A stretch of DNA of 64,000 bases from the human T2T-CHM13v2.0 reference genome, Homo sapiens. The DNA is taken from the NCBI RefSeq assembly GCF_009914755.1, contig NC_060927.1; one strand, 5' to 3'. Positions 43,418 through 59,060 of the stretch are shown here, one piece after another. Numbering within the stretch: the first letter of the stretch is position 1; every line of letters starts with the position of its first letter. Position numbers and translations under genes: made by a program. A model generated the notes under the pieces. The model searched no databases, was not told where the DNA came from, and saw only the letters and a list, made by a program, of their open reading frames with translations.

Positions 43418-44208
43418 GACTCCTACTTTAAAATAAAGTAAATTTAATCATTGGCCCTAGGCTCCCTTTGCTGAAATTTATCTTGCTTGGACCAGAGGAC
43501 GAGCATCTTTTAAAAGATTTAATTTTGATATATAATTCCACAGCTACTGAAAGATATGAACATGTTGTATCCTATATCATACAATATATAGGATTATTCA
43601 ATCCCATGTTATTCTGTTGTACTGAAAAGGCCATGTAATTAATTACCTTGAGAAATTAATTTATTCCATAGTGTATTGGTTAGATTATTATATACAGTTT
43701 ATAACTATTAATACCACTTATAAATTATAAAGTCATTATTCCAAATCTATTTTCAAAACTTTTAGAAGATTTTTTTTCACTTTAAAGTATTTACTTTTCA
43801 AATGATGATTTCAATTCCAATGACTGATAAGGTGTAACTATTAAGATAATAATTATTTACACCAGTTATTTGAAAGATAGATGTTTTGACCATTTATAGA
43901 ATAATAGAAAAGACATTTAATTATCTGATAGTTTCTTTGTTGCTTAATCTTTAAATATTGGTTTGTGAAATGATGAATATACACACCTTCTCATGTGTTT
44001 CATCATCTCCTCAAATAAAGACATTAACAGAGCTACAATGCTATAACTTCATCAATGCTATGTATTGACACTGAAGTACAGGTCACAGAATAATTATTAA
44101 CATAATATTATGGCATGATCATAACTATACACTCCTGAATTCCTTCAATTATTTTAAAATATGATTAAGTAAAATCTTTGTTTATTAGCTTGGTCCCTTG
44201 TAGAACTA

Positions 44209-45814
<1,606 letters not shown>

Positions 45815-47099
45815 TCAGTACATTTTATTCAGGGTATTTTCTGTGGTATAAAGTGCACCTGAGCGCCAGAGGAAAGCCTGTCTTAGAATCTCTTTGACAG
45901 GAAACAAGTGCTCTTATGTACAAATGCAGAGAGCACAACAGGTCTGAAACTCTCACTGCAGACATAATGTCTACATCCCGTGGTCTTTTCCTCTAAGTGC
46001 AGAATGGCGTGTTTGAATCTTGAGCCAGCTCCTGCCAGTGTGTCAATTTGGTAAGTATAAAAGCTTTGAGTAAAGAAGTCCCATCTAAAAGGTCCTTGTA
46101 CATATTTGCTAATAAAGAGAAAAATGCTTATTAATGATTCATTAACCCACTGCATTATAGTTTTAGAAATACTCCTGTGATAACACTGGAATTTCTTAAT
46201 TTATATTGTCAAATTAATTGTCTTTTGGTAGATAATTTAAATAGCTCTAAATATATTAAAATTATTCCTTAATATTTTGAAGTTATTAATGTTCTAAAAG
46301 TATGTAGATGGACATCATGGTCATGTCTCTGCTATAAAAGTTGTATTTTCAAGCTATCCCAGGAAGACTATAAATTTCTATTTTTTCTAAAATTCAGGAT
46401 GATTTAATCAAAATTCAAATAGTCATTGTTTAAAGATGTCTTAGAAACTTCTGTTTAAAAAATACATATGCATATGAAAATAGTTAAATTTTATTTAGCA
46501 TTACATTAATATTTATATTTTTAGATAAATTACTGCACTAATGTTCAATAATTTGTAGCTTCTCTGATGAAAAACAATTTATAATTATTAAGAAAAGAGA
46601 AAAAATAGTTATATATATATATAAAGTAAACCTACAGAAGAAATTCTGTATGGAATACAGGCTAAAAGGAATGTGATTCATTCTAAAATGCGGATTAAAC
46701 AATTTCAAAATGGATTCCACTAAAATATTAAAGCACCTTTCTATTTGGCAGTTGTAGAATTATCAGTATTATTTATTTACTCAGAGATTATAATCTCACC
46801 CAGAAAGAAATAAAGAAGGCAGTATTGTCATGACCAAGCTACTGAAGAAATTCAGAAAAAGCAGACATAAAGCATGAGAAGATCCTGGAATCCTGAATTA
46901 CATTCCTTAATGTCAGGTTCCGTTCATGGGACCTCCACTCTTGATATGGGTATGCAACTCCTTTTCAATGAATTCTCCTATAGACAAATATAACTCTTGT
47001 CAAAGTGCACATGCAAAAATAAATAAATAATAAAAACCAGAAACAAAAAAATAAAAGAAAACAATTACTGGAAATTACAGGAAAGAAAGCAAAATTATA

Positions 47100-47840
47100 T
47101 AGTTAACGGAGGGTAATTAGCATTTAAAAGAAGAGAAGGGTCCTCAGATTAGGTTTTAATGCTTTTAGCTTGAGGACAGGCACTAACTGCATAGGTCTAG
47201 ACTTTGCTATAAAAACCATAGTCTTTGTGTTCTGAAGAACCAGAGAACAATCTTTTGGGAAACCGTCTGGGAAATAAAGAAGGAATACAAGAGAAGTAAA
47301 AGCTAGAGAAATGCCACTCTATTTGTGTGTGTGCATAAACTATACCCAAACATCTGAATAACTCTCCACTAATGCAAGCACAGGACAGAATCCAAGCATC
47401 TCAGCTACATAGAATAAACTAAACTTAGATCTAAGATGCTATCAAAAAAACAAAGGCTGTGCTTTGAATTCTCAAAAGTAATAGTTTTCTGAAATAACAA
47501 ATAAAAACTGTTGATAATCTAAAACCTCTACAATACATTTACAATATTCAGAATATAATCCAAAATTACTCCTTATATAAAGAAATATGAAAAAATGACA
47601 AAATTTCAGAAGAAAATATCATCAACAGAGACCAATTCCCAGAAGATACAGATATTGGAATTAGCTGAGAAGAATTTTAAACATTTTATAATTAGGATCA
47701 GGAGATAATGAAAAATATGTTTATAATAAGGTAAAGATAGTAAGAATCAACAGGGAAATAGAAACTGTAGAAAAGAAGCAAATAGATATCTGGGAACTGA
47801 AAAAAATACAGTATCTGAAACAAAGCTTTTATCTGTTTGC
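47100..47840 (+). mobile_element. Ancient L1M 5'/ORF1 fragment
   Basis: CAGATATTGGAATTAGCTGA..AGGGAAATAGAAACTGTA..GAACTGAAAAAAATACAGTATCTGAAA. Confidence 0.6.
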
Positions 47841-50094
47841 TTATAAGAGACAGACAGGGATGCTTGTAAGAGGCCACAGGTTGTGAAATAGCTCATCCAT
47901 CACAGAAAGAAAGTTGTGCTGTATTGCATTCAATCCTCTTGATATTCAAGTACGTGCTATCATGTGATTCAGCACCTCAGTAATGGCTTTTACCATTTGA
48001 GTTCATTCAATTCCCCTTTGCAATGAAGGATTTCATCGTGGTGGATAATAGATAAGAAGATTATGAAGTGCAAACTATCTTTCATGATTATCATCTCTCT
48101 TTCCCTTTGTCTCTATCTCCATGTATATGAATGATATGTATTTCCTTTTTATAATTTTAATTTTAAACTAGCAAATTTCTCACCACATGGATACAGACAA
48201 CTTATTTATTCTTGTGATTACCAACTAAACTCACATGTGTCTCCTCTCTTACTTTGAACACGGATCTTGGAAATCGTGGGTAGATAAATAGAAACCCTGA
48301 CCATATTGATAATGCCATGCTAAAAATAACACGTATATAGAATATATAGGAATGGATGAAGAGCTCAAGGAGCCCTAATCAAGTGCTTAACATATGAATG
48401 ACTGAGCCTTGAGATGAATTGAGCCCCCAGCCTTTTAGTTGTCAAAGATAATGCCATATGAAGCAAAGCCACACTCCCTACTAAGCACAGCCCAGACTGC
48501 AAGTATGAGCAAAATTTGTGCTTTAATAAAAAAACAGTTTTATTAAGCTATAACTGATGTGCCATAAGATTTACTCATTTAAACCAATTTTAATGATATT
48601 TACTCTATTCACAGACCTGTGCAATTACTCAAAAATCCGTTTTAGAATATTTAGAAACTCTGTACTCATTAGACATTATTCCCCATTGCCCACATCTCTT
48701 CCCCTTGCCCTAGGCAACCATTAACCTTGTTCCTGTTTTTATAGATTTACTTATTGTAGGCATTTCTTGTAAATGAAATCATATAATGGGTGGTCTTTTG
48801 TGACTGCTTTCTTTCACTTAGCATAATGTTTCCAAGATTCATCTACATTGTAGCATATATCATATTTCATGCCTTTGTATTGCCAAATAATGAATGATTA
48901 CATGAATATGCCACATTCCATGTGTTCATTCGTCATCTAATGGAAACTTCTGTTGTTTTCACATTTTGGCTATTATGAATAACACTGCTGTGGATATTAA
49001 TGTACAAGTTTTGTGTGAACATGTATTTTAATTTCTTTTGGGTACTTACCTAGGAGTGGAATTGCTGGGTCATACAGTAATTTTATGTTTAACATTTTGA
49101 GGAATTGCCAAACTGTTTTCCACAGCAGCTGCACAATTTTATGTTCCCACTGGCAGTTTATGCTTTCTCCTGACAGTCAGCTTTCTCCACAGCCTTTCCA
49201 ACATTTGTGTTTTTTTTATTTCTCTTTTTAAATGCAGCCAGCCTTATGAATGTGAAGTAAGATCTCATTGGGATTATATTTCCTTAATAGCTAATGATGT
49301 TGAGCATATTTTCAGTGCTTATCGTCTAGCTTATATCCTCTTTAGAGAAATGTTATTCTGACCTTTTGCCTTTTTGTTGTGTTATTTGTCATATAATAAA
49401 TGAGTTGTAAGTGCTTTTCTGTAACAGATTCACTGACATATGATTTACATAACATGGGTTCACCTTTTAACGTATTTTTTTGTATGTTTACAGAGTTGTG
49501 CAACCATCACAACTAATTAACTTGAGAACACATCATCCCAAAAAGGAACACTATACCCATTAGCAGTCACTCTCCATTGCACCCCTCACTCAAATATGTT
49601 AATTTCCACATATTTGTGTGCTATAGATATCTGTAAAGACTAGTTGTTTTACCGTGTTGTTGAATTTTTCTAATCCCTGTTGATCTACTGTCTGCTTGTT
49701 CAATTACTGAAAGTGGAGTATTGAATCTCTGACAATTGTAGACACTATGTAGCTTTATTGTGTTCTTTTTAAATTCTGCCAATCACTGTCTTTGATTGGA
49801 ATGTTTAGTTTGTTTGCATTTCTTGTAATTATTTACCAGGTAAGATTTAGATCTGCTGTTTTTCTGTTTGTTTTCTGTCTTATGTCTATTTTTTCTTTTT
49901 TTTCATGACTACTGTTTCCTTCCTTGTTAAATTTATGGTGTGACATTTAAATCCCCTTGTCATTTAATATATACATAAAACATATGTGTAAAAAATATAT
50001 ATGTATTATATAAATATATTCATATGTATAAAATGAGAGAGGGATTATATATTTATATTAAATGTCCCATTTTAATTTACTTGTCATCTCATAG

Positions 50095-50096
<2 letters not shown>

Positions 50097-50132
<36 letters not shown>

Positions 50133-50133
50133 A
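50097..50133. repeat. (CA)n microsatellite
   Basis: Directly visible. Confidence 0.95.
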
Positions 50134-51209
50134 TACATAATATAGAGTTATAGTATTAGTAATTGCCCTGGGGATTACAATTAACATTATAGCATAAAAT
50201 AATCTAGTAATATAGTTTAGATTAATAGTAATTTAATTTCAATAGTAAAACAATGTAGCTGCAACATTGCTCCATTCCTTTTGGTATTATTTCTGTTCTT
50301 ATTGTCCTGCAAATTACATATTTATACATTGTAAGCCCATCAACATGGCTTTATAATTACTGATTTATGCAATTGGCTTTAAATAAAATATAAGAAAATA
50401 AATGAAAACATGATATATTCATATTGCATTTCATATTTACTTATCTAGTTTATTTTTTATAATTGTTTCTCATTTCTTTATGTGGATTTGAGTTACTGTG
50501 TAGTGTTTTGTTTGTATCCTGAAAGAATTCCTTTAATATATTTTCTAGGGTATGTCTGCAAGCAATAGATTCTCTCTGTGTATTTTCTTAAACTTATTTT
50601 CTCCTTCGTTTTTGAAGGTTAGTTTTGCTGGTTATAGAATGAGTGGTTTGACAGTTCTTGGCTTTCAGCACTTTGAATATATCATAATATTGCCTTCCTG
50701 TTTCTCTGGTTCCTAATAAAAAGCCATCTGTTAATTTTATTAAAATCCCTTTTATTCAATCAGTTTTTTCCTGTGCTTCCAATATTTTTTCTTTCTCATT
50801 TTTTATCAGCATGACTGTGATGTTTCTGGTGTGATGTCTTTGCATTTATCCTAATTGTAAACATATCTGGGAAGTGTAATGCCTTTCATCAGATTTGAGA
50901 AGTTTTCAGCCATTATTTTCTCAAATATTCTTTTCACTTCTCTTTCTCTCTCATTTGTTCAGACTCATATTATGTGTATGTTGGTAATTCACTAGTGTCC
51001 CCCAAGTCTCTGTTTTTATATATTCTTTTACTTTTCTTTATGATCCTTAGCTGATTTTTTTAGCTCAAATACTCTGTTCAGCTCATCTATTGAATTTTTA
51101 AAATTTCAGTTATTTTACTTTTAACTCTAGAAATTCTGCTTGTTTCATTTAAAAAATAATTCTGTCTTTGTTGACATTTTCCAGTTGATAAGACATCATT
51201 CTCATACTT

Positions 51210-51775
51210 GCAAAGTCAGATGTTCCCTGGACCCCCAGTTTACCGTGCCTAGCCCACCTTACAGAGTTCAGACTTGTCAGCCTTCATAACCATGTGAACC
51301 AATGAGCTAATTCCTTAAAATAAATCTCTCTCTCCATATATACACACAGTCATCACAGAGTCATGTATTATTTAACAACAGGGATGTGTTCTGAGAAATG
51401 CATCTTTAAGTGATTTTGTTGTTGTGCAAACATTATAGAGTGCATATATACAAACCTCAATGGTGTAACCTACTATACCCCTTGGATCCTAGATGACAAA
51501 TCTGTAAAGCATGTTACTGTACTGAATACTGCAGATTATTGTAGTGCAATGGCAAGTATTTTTGTATCTAAACATATATAAACCTAGAAAAGGTACAGTA
51601 AAATACAGTATTATAATATTATTAGACCACTGTCATATACACCAGTCCATCGCTGACTAAATGTTGTTATCTGACACATGACTTTACATGTTTGTGTGTG
51701 TGTACAAGTGTGCATGTACATGATTATAAACACATTCTATTGGTTTTCATTCTCTGTAGGACACTGAATAATAAA
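51210..51775 (+). mobile_element. MLT2 (B/C/D) LTR 3' part, interrupted by Tigger3a
   Basis: TTCAGACTTGTCAGCC..CATAACCATGTGA..AATTCCTTAAAATAAATCTCTCT...TTCTATTGGTT..TCTCTG. Confidence 0.7.
51347..51684 (+). mobile_element. Tigger3a (MER7A) MITE
   Basis: CAGTCAT start, GGGATGTGTTCTGAGAAATGCATC, AGAAAAGGTACAGTAAAAATACAGTATTATAAT, end ACATGACT. Confidence 0.85.
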
Positions 51776-53780
51776 TGACAACCTTGTACATGTTTCTATG
51801 CTCCTGAATCATGAGAACATGTCCAAGATTTTCAGACCCCACTATAGCCGTCTCTTTCTCAGATTAAAAAAAAAAAAAATTGCGGGGAGAGGGACCATCT
51901 CTTATCTAATACAACTAGCAGCACCGTCTCTGGCAGCTGCAATGTTAAACAACTACTTTTTTCAATTTTTGATAAGTGATTTGGGTATGGAGATTTTCTA
52001 ATTGAGAAAGCTCTGAATCACTTCAAATAATGACTAGCTCTCTGAATGAGGCCTTTCTTGTGGGCTGCCAGAAAGGCACAGTAGTGACAATTTCATTTCT
52101 GGGGGTTTGCGAGCAGCTGAAAAACCATTCTACCCCCCTCTCCCCGCCCCTGCCCAGTGTCTGCTGGGCTGCTGGTTTTCACAGCTACTATCTTTGTAGA
52201 GTTACTATTTTTCAAGATTACTATGAAGTTCTGGAGAGGGTCCTAGGAATAAGGCAAGGCAAAATGCCACAAAAGTCACTGTTCTTACAGAGATTCAGGT
52301 CTTTGTTTACACTGAGCTCCCTGGGTTTCATAAAATGTTGATTTAGGCAATTTTGCCAATGTTTTTCTTGCTTTTATGGAAGAGTAGATTTTCTGACGTT
52401 CTTATTCTACCATTTTGGAAATGCTTTCAGATGTTGATTTAAGGCACTACATTCTTGGGTGTTCTTATTTGTTCAGTTGGTTTTTATTTTGTTTTGTTTT
52501 GTTTGTTGCAGCAATAAATAACACATATACATTATAGTAACAGACGTATGGTGTTGTCATAACAGTAATCTAAAAATGTGATATACTCTTTGGGATTAGA
52601 AAGTAGACAAACTATGATACAACCTCAAAAAATATTGTGAACAGGACTTCAGGAAAGGCGTCAGTGATAGCTTAAAGGAGCGTGAAGAGAATGTTATTGG
52701 AAAAAGAAGAAAATGAAATATTTGTTATATCCTGGCAGAAGGTTTAGCAAAACTGGCTTTAGTACTGTGAAGAAGAAAATCCAAGGTGAGCCTGTAAACT
52801 ACTTTCATTGGACTGCAGAAAGATATAACAGTCCTTCAGAGAATCATTTCCTTAAAAAGAGGTTCTCTGGAATTTTTAAGAACATAAATCACAGACTCAA
52901 TCATTAAACAATAGGGCTTCTAGAATCTCAGGAATCTTTTCTCTCAACAATCTTGCAAACATTCTAAGGTAGAATAAGGATAATCTGTAAGATATTTGTG
53001 GGTATGATTCTTGTCTAATGGAATATATTATCAATTGATTCATAGAAGCTTATGTATTTTGTAAAGAATTATAAAAACTTGAGCTGAAAGGGATAGAGAG
53101 GATATAAAGTAAAAGACTATACAAATTTCTCTAAGCAGAAACCAAGCTAAGGAACCTGCTCATGTGCAAATATAGACTTCATTGTGTGGAACAAGAGGAT
53201 AATGTGGAGAGCAGAGTCAAGTCCCCAGCAAACAGGGCCAAAACAAAAGGAGAATCATCCCAAGCAGTAGGATAGAGTTCTTCTCAAGAAATTGGGAAAA
53301 TGTTCTAGGCTGGACCCATGACTCTTAAGTGCCTTATTCTTCCAGGTTTTGAACAATAGGGTCTATATTGATTATCCTTTGACTGATCCATCGTTCTATG
53401 TAGGCTATGTGAGGATATATAACATTTTTCTTAGTTTACACTTTTTCACATTGAAAAGGACTCTGCATAGGGAATTGTACTTAAGGAGGCTCATCTGCAC
53501 CTGGAGGTCCCAAATGATACCATAACCAGATGAAACTTAGAAATTTTAGTGGAGGGAATGAGGGCATTTTCAATGTGAGATGGTTTTGAATTATTATGGC
53601 CAGAGGGAGAGTCCTTTCAGACCGTATTTTCCAAAAATAGCGAAACCACCTACATATTTCATTATGCATAACCTTCGATCAAGAGATGAGATGCAGGTGT
53701 CTTCTGTTTGAAATTCTGTGGCCTTTTTAATAATCTTGACAAATAAAATGTGGCAGAAATATCACTGAGTGATTTCTAAG

Positions 53781-53856
53781 TATAAATATATTATAATATA
53801 TAATTTATTATATAAATATATTATAATATATAATTTATTATATAAATATATTATAA
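53781..53856. repeat. Pure-AT 30-bp tandem repeat, about 2.5 copies
   Basis: TATAAATATATTATAATATATAATTTATTA is identical at 53781-53810 and 53811-53840, with a partial third copy. Confidence 0.95.
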
Positions 53857-54560
53857 CATATATATTGATTATCCTTTTATCCTATTTATTATAATATAAT
53901 ATGTTATCATATGTTATGATAAATATTATGATAACCAGGTAGCTTAGACCTGATTCTCTGTCTTGAGACATACGTCTTGAGTGCCCTGAGATGACATATG
54001 AGAAATATGAGTACTTAGAAGATACCATGCTGGAGATAGCACTTGGAGACATCATATAGAAATACAGTTGCCCAAGAAGTCACAGCTATATTAGGTACAG
54101 GTTTTTGAATCTTCCCCGCATCAGTAATGAACTTGAGAGAGATGAGTGAAGTAGGCTTCATATATCTCAATCTCATCCTTTGAGACCTCCAAATGGCACA
54201 CTAGACATTGTGAAAAAGGGGTAAGCCATCCTTACTGGGTCATCTCAAAATTTCTAATTCACAAATGACAAAATGTATTGTATTATACAAGCACATAAAG
54301 TGGCAATGTGTTACTCAAAACCCCAATTATTTCAATAAAAACTCTAGCATAAAATATAATAAACTATTTGTTGAATTAAAATCAAATATTAGGGAAATTC
54401 AATATTAAATTAACAATCAAGGGACATCGTTATAGTATAGTTTTCTTTCTTTTTTCTATATTCTCTAGAAGAACCACATTATGGATTCTATCCCTAGTAA
54501 CTTGTGTCTTTGGAAATTCATTTTATTTGAAAGACACTGCTTTCTTTTCTATAAAGAAAG

Positions 54561-56846
54561 TGATATGGTTTGGCTGTGTCCACACCCAAATCTCAACTTG
54601 AACTGTATCTCCCAAATTCCCACATTTTGTGGGAGGGACTCAGAAGGAGGTAATTAAACAATGGAGGCTGATCTTTACTGTACTATTCTCATGATAGTGA
54701 ATAAGTCTCATGAGATCTGCTGGGTTTATCAGGAGTTTCTGCTTTTGCTTCTTCCTCATTTTTCTCTTGCTGCCACCATGTAAGAAGTGCCTTTCACCTC
54801 CCGCCATAATTCTGAGGTGTCCCCAGTCATGTGGAACTCTAAGTCCAATTAAACCCCTTTTTATTCCCAGTTTCAGGTATGTCTTTATCAGCAGTATGAA
54901 AATGGACTAATACAGTACATTGGTACCAGTAGAGAGGGGCATTGCTGAAAAGATACCCCAAAATGTGGAAGCAACATTGGAAATGTGTAACAGGCAGAGG
55001 TTGGAACAGTTTGGAGGGCTCAGAAGAAGATAGGAAAATGTGGGAAAGTTTGGAACCTCCTAGAGACTTGTTGAATGGCTTTGACAAAAATGCTGATAGC
55101 AACAGGAACAATAAGCCCCAGGCTGAGGTGGTCTAAGATGGAGATGAACAGCTTGTTGCAAACTGGAGCAAATGTGACTCTTGTTATGTTTTAGCAAATA
55201 GACTGACAGCATTTTGCCCCTGCCCTAGAGATTTGTGGAACTTTGAACTTGAGAGAGATGATTTAGGGTATCTAGTGGAAGAAATTTCTAAGCATCAAAG
55301 CACTCAAAACGTGACTTGGGTGCTGTCAAAAGCATTCCATTTTAAAAGAGAAATAGAGCATAAACCCTCAGAAAATCTGCAGCCTGGTGATGCAGTAGAA
55401 AAGAAAAACCCATTTTTTAAAGGAGAAATTCAAGCTGGCTACAGAAATTTGCATAAGTAACAAGGAACCTAATGATCATCCTCAAGACCATGGGGAAAAT
55501 GTCTCCAGGCCGTGTCAGAGAACTTCAGTGAAACCACTCCCATAACAGGCCCAGAGGCTCTGGAGAAAAAGTGGTTTTGTGGGCTGGGCCCAGGGTCCCA
55601 GTGCAGTGTGCAGCCTAGGGACTTGGTGCCCTGTGTCCCAGCCACTCCAGCCATGGCTGAAAGGGGCCAATGTAGAGCCCAGGCAGTTGCTTCAGAGGGT
55701 AGAAGCCCCAAGCCTTGGCAACTTCCACATGGTGTTGAGCCTGTGGGTGCACAGAAGTCAAGAATTGAGTTTTGAGAACCTCTGCCTAGATTTCACATGT
55801 GTGGAAACGCCTGGATGCCCAGGCAAATTTTGCTGCAGGGGCAGGGGCACTCATGGAGAACCTCTGCTAGGGTAGTGCGTAAGGGAAATGTGGGGTTGGA
55901 GCCCCCTACACAAGAGTCCCTACTGTGATACTGCCTAGTGGAGCTACGAGAAGAGGACCACTGTGCTCCAGACCCCAGAATGGTCAATCCACTGTCAGCT
56001 TGCACCGTGCACTAGAAAAAGCTGCAAACACTCAATGTCAGCCCATGAAAGCAGCCAGGAGGGAGGCTGTACCCTGCAAAGCCACAGGGGCAGAGTTGCC
56101 CAAGACCCTTGGAACCCATCTTTTGTGTCAGCATGACCTGGATGTGAGACCTGGAGTCAAAGGAAATCATTTTGGAGCTTTAAAATTTGACTGCCCCACT
56201 GGATTTTGGACTTGCATAGGTCCTGTAACTCCTTTGTTTTGGCCAATTTCTTCCATTTGGAATTGCTGTATTTACCCAATACCTGTACCCCCACTGTGTC
56301 TAGGAAGTAACTAAGTTGATTTTGATTTTACAGACTCATAGGTGGAAGGGAGTTGCCTTGTCTCAGATAAGACTTTGGACTGTGGACTTTTGGGATTAAT
56401 GCTGAAATGAATTAAGACTTTGGGGAACTGCTGGGGAGGCATGATTGGTTTTGAAATGTGAGGATATGAGATTTGGAGGGGCCAAGGGTGGAACAATGTG
56501 GTTGTCTGTGTCCCGCCCAAATCTCAACTTGAGTTGTACCTGCCAGTATTCCCACATGTTGTGGAAGGGACCCAGGAGGAGGTAATTGAATCATGGGGAC
56601 CAGTCTTTCCCATACTGCTCTTGTGATAGTGAATAAGTCTCACAAGATCTGGTGGTTTATCTGGGGTTTCTGCTTTTGCTTCTTCCTCATTTTTCTCTTG
56701 CTGTCACCATGTAAGAAGTGCCTTTTGCCTCCCACCATGATTCTGAGGCTTCCCCAGTCATGTGGAGCTGTAAGTCCGATTAAACCTCTTTTTTGTTCCC
56801 AGTTTCAGGTATATCTTTATCAGCAGTGTGAAAACGGATTAACACA
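54561..56846 (+). mobile_element. Full-length THE1A provirus (LTR 54561-54914, internal 54915-56493, LTR 56494-56846)
   Basis: THE1A-type AAATCTCAACTTGA and GCTTTTGCTTCTTCCTCATTTT in both LTRs. TTGGTACC after the 5' LTR and a purine-rich PPT before the 3' LTR. MaLR ORF remnant MWESLEPPRDLLNGFD. Confidence 0.93.
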
Positions 56847-58399
56847 GGAATAAAATGGATGAAAGTATATATAATTTCTAGAATACTTTCTGTAACAAAT
56901 GCTTGTCATATGAAACCTTTACAACTTTTTCTAGATTTAATGTTGCACATGCCTTATAATGGAACAGAACACTACAACTCTTGAAAAAGATTTTGTAAAA
57001 ATATGTGATTGCCAGAAGGAGAAGTAATTGATTTTTAATTCTGGCAAGTGCAAATCTACATAGAACCCCCTAGGTAGGTTTATTATAAATGAGGTCATAG
57101 TTATATAACCAAAGAAACTATTTCCAGTTATAGATAACCCAAATACTGTGCCTATGTCCATATACTAGTGAGAATGGGAAGGCAGACTCGTGATTATTCC
57201 AAAGATTCAGATTAATGCTAAATTACATCCATCACAAAATTAACACCAGGAAGTAACACTGGGGTTGGCCTGAAGAGAGCTTTGTGCCACAATGATAGAA
57301 AGACATTCTAGAACATAATTCATTCCACAGAAAGAGTCAAGGTGGTTAAATCAGAATGTCTTAGTGTTGAAAGAAAAAAAGGATTTTCAATCCAATTGAA
57401 GATATTTTACTTAAAAATGTAAGAATTTAGCTGCCATATAATAGTAGTAATTCTCATTTTTGGGGGAACAAACTTTTAGAAGGAATGCAATTGATCAGAC
57501 ACTGGCCATGATTCCTTTGTAGGCTCTTTTGAAGAAAATACAAGTATCAACACAAAGATAAGGACGAAAAGCTGGAGAGAATATAGCCATGAGAAATACC
57601 TTTTTTAAATCATAATATTTTGTTTCCAATCCAGTGTGTTCCAGGGATATGTTATGTGTATTAGTCTTGATTAAACATAGTTATTAGAAATATTTCTCAA
57701 CTGTTGCCAAATAATTTATCATGTAGCTTAACTGATGATTATTAAATTTATATTGGCACTCTCTTGCCTTCAAGTCAAAGTTTATGATTTAACAAATATG
57801 TAAGTATGTATATATATAGACAATTGAATAAAATATTTGAAACTAGTGCTTTACTGTCAGTTTGAAAGTATTTATTTTTATTTTCCTTGAGATACCAGGC
57901 ATTTCTATCCCTGAGGTGTCTATAATTACTATAAATTGTATAAAAATGTTTGAAGTACTTGACATAATTATTTTGTTTAAAATACTTGTATCTTTCTAGA
58001 ACCAATGCATGGATGTTTACATTGTATGCTTGGAGCTCTAGAGAGTAGAGTGATTGAACGACCTATTTCAGATGTCTATAATAGTTTTGCTTATCTGAAA
58101 CATACTAATCAATCATGGCAATCTTTTTCACTGAGCCTTGAAGAGACTTCACAACACTTCTCAACACAAGGGCAATTGCTATCAATCTATCTAAGCTAAA
58201 ATTGGAAATAAAATATATTTTTCTATCCCTAGGCTAGAGCTAAAAACTTATAGTAGTATCTACTCTCCTGATATATGAGTACAGATACAAGACATGTTAA
58301 GAAATGACATCAGAATGCAAATCTTCTAGCCTGTCCATTTCCTAACATGAAAGATTGAATGCATAAATTGTTAGAGTTCTGGGAGTATATTCCCATTAT

Positions 58400-59060
58400 T
58401 TTTGTCATAAGTTCTGCTTTCCTCAGGGGCACATGGTAAGATTGCAATTTCCTGCCTCATTTGAAGTTGGTCATATACATATGACTTGTTTTTATCAATG
58501 AAATGTAAGCAAACATGACGTATATCTCCAAGCATGTAAGCTATCCTTTGCACCTTGTGAATTTGGAATTATTTGTTGAGATAGAGCATTCACTAGCTTG
58601 AGTCTAGAATGATCATAAAAACTCCTCCTACTGACATACTTTGGACAGAGTAGAAGATAAATACACACTTATAATTTTACACCATTGAGATTCAAGACAA
58701 TTTGTTAAGGGAAATAACATAGCACCAAGTCTATCATAACTAATTCAGAAACTGGTACCTATAAGTCGGTGGCTGCCATTAAAAAATAACAATGATAATA
58801 ACTGAAATACATTTATTTGGCTTATGGGCTGGGTGGTTAGTAGCTTGTGAGCTATTATCAGTGACGGGAAAGGTGCCAATCTTTCATATCCAGTGGAAAA
58901 CTGTTTTGATTGTCACCCATAGTAACACTTGAGGTAGAAAATTGTGGTTAATAAAGTAACATGTGTAGAAGAGGTTAGAAGAAAGAATGTTTCAACATGT
59001 TTCTGGTTTGTGTTGGCTCAATTTGGCAAGATATTGGATAAATATTACCAAAGTAGTATG
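58400..59060 (+). mobile_element. MLT1I/J-like LTR (~58400-58747) plus start of internal sequence
   Basis: GGCACATGGTAAGATTGCAATTTCCTGCC..AATGAAATGTAAGCA..CCATTGAGATT, followed by GAAACTGGTACC. Confidence 0.65.

Larger units (their letters stand above)
48532..52428 (-). mobile_element. Fragmented L1MB-type element(s): 3' end, EN, ORF1 and 5' pieces
   Basis: Antisense 3'UTR (CCCTAGGCAACCATTAACC, CTTTCACTTAGCATAATGTTT, CCTAGGAGTGGAATTGCTGGGTCATA). Antisense EN at ~49600-49900 and ORF1 at ~50500-51200. Confidence 0.75.
48340..54330 (+). mobile_element. MLT1G/H-like MaLR provirus remnant: 5' LTR at ~48340-48525 and ~52430-52527 split by L1, internal ~52530-53610, 3' LTR ~53612-54330
   Basis: AGCCCAGACTGCAAG..ATGAGCAAAAT resumes as TTTAAGGCACTA..GCAGCAATAAATAAC. 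PPT-like GGCCAGAGGGAGAG precedes CAGACCGTATTTTCCAAAAATAG. Confidence 0.55.

Noticed and set aside
45855-45880. Possible CTCF site around GAGCGCCAGAGG
   Set aside because: Poor match to the CTCF core on either strand.
54710-56853. Multiple 60-129 aa ORFs
   Set aside because: Fragments of the THE1A LTR and internal sequence. The ancestral MaLR ORF is broken.
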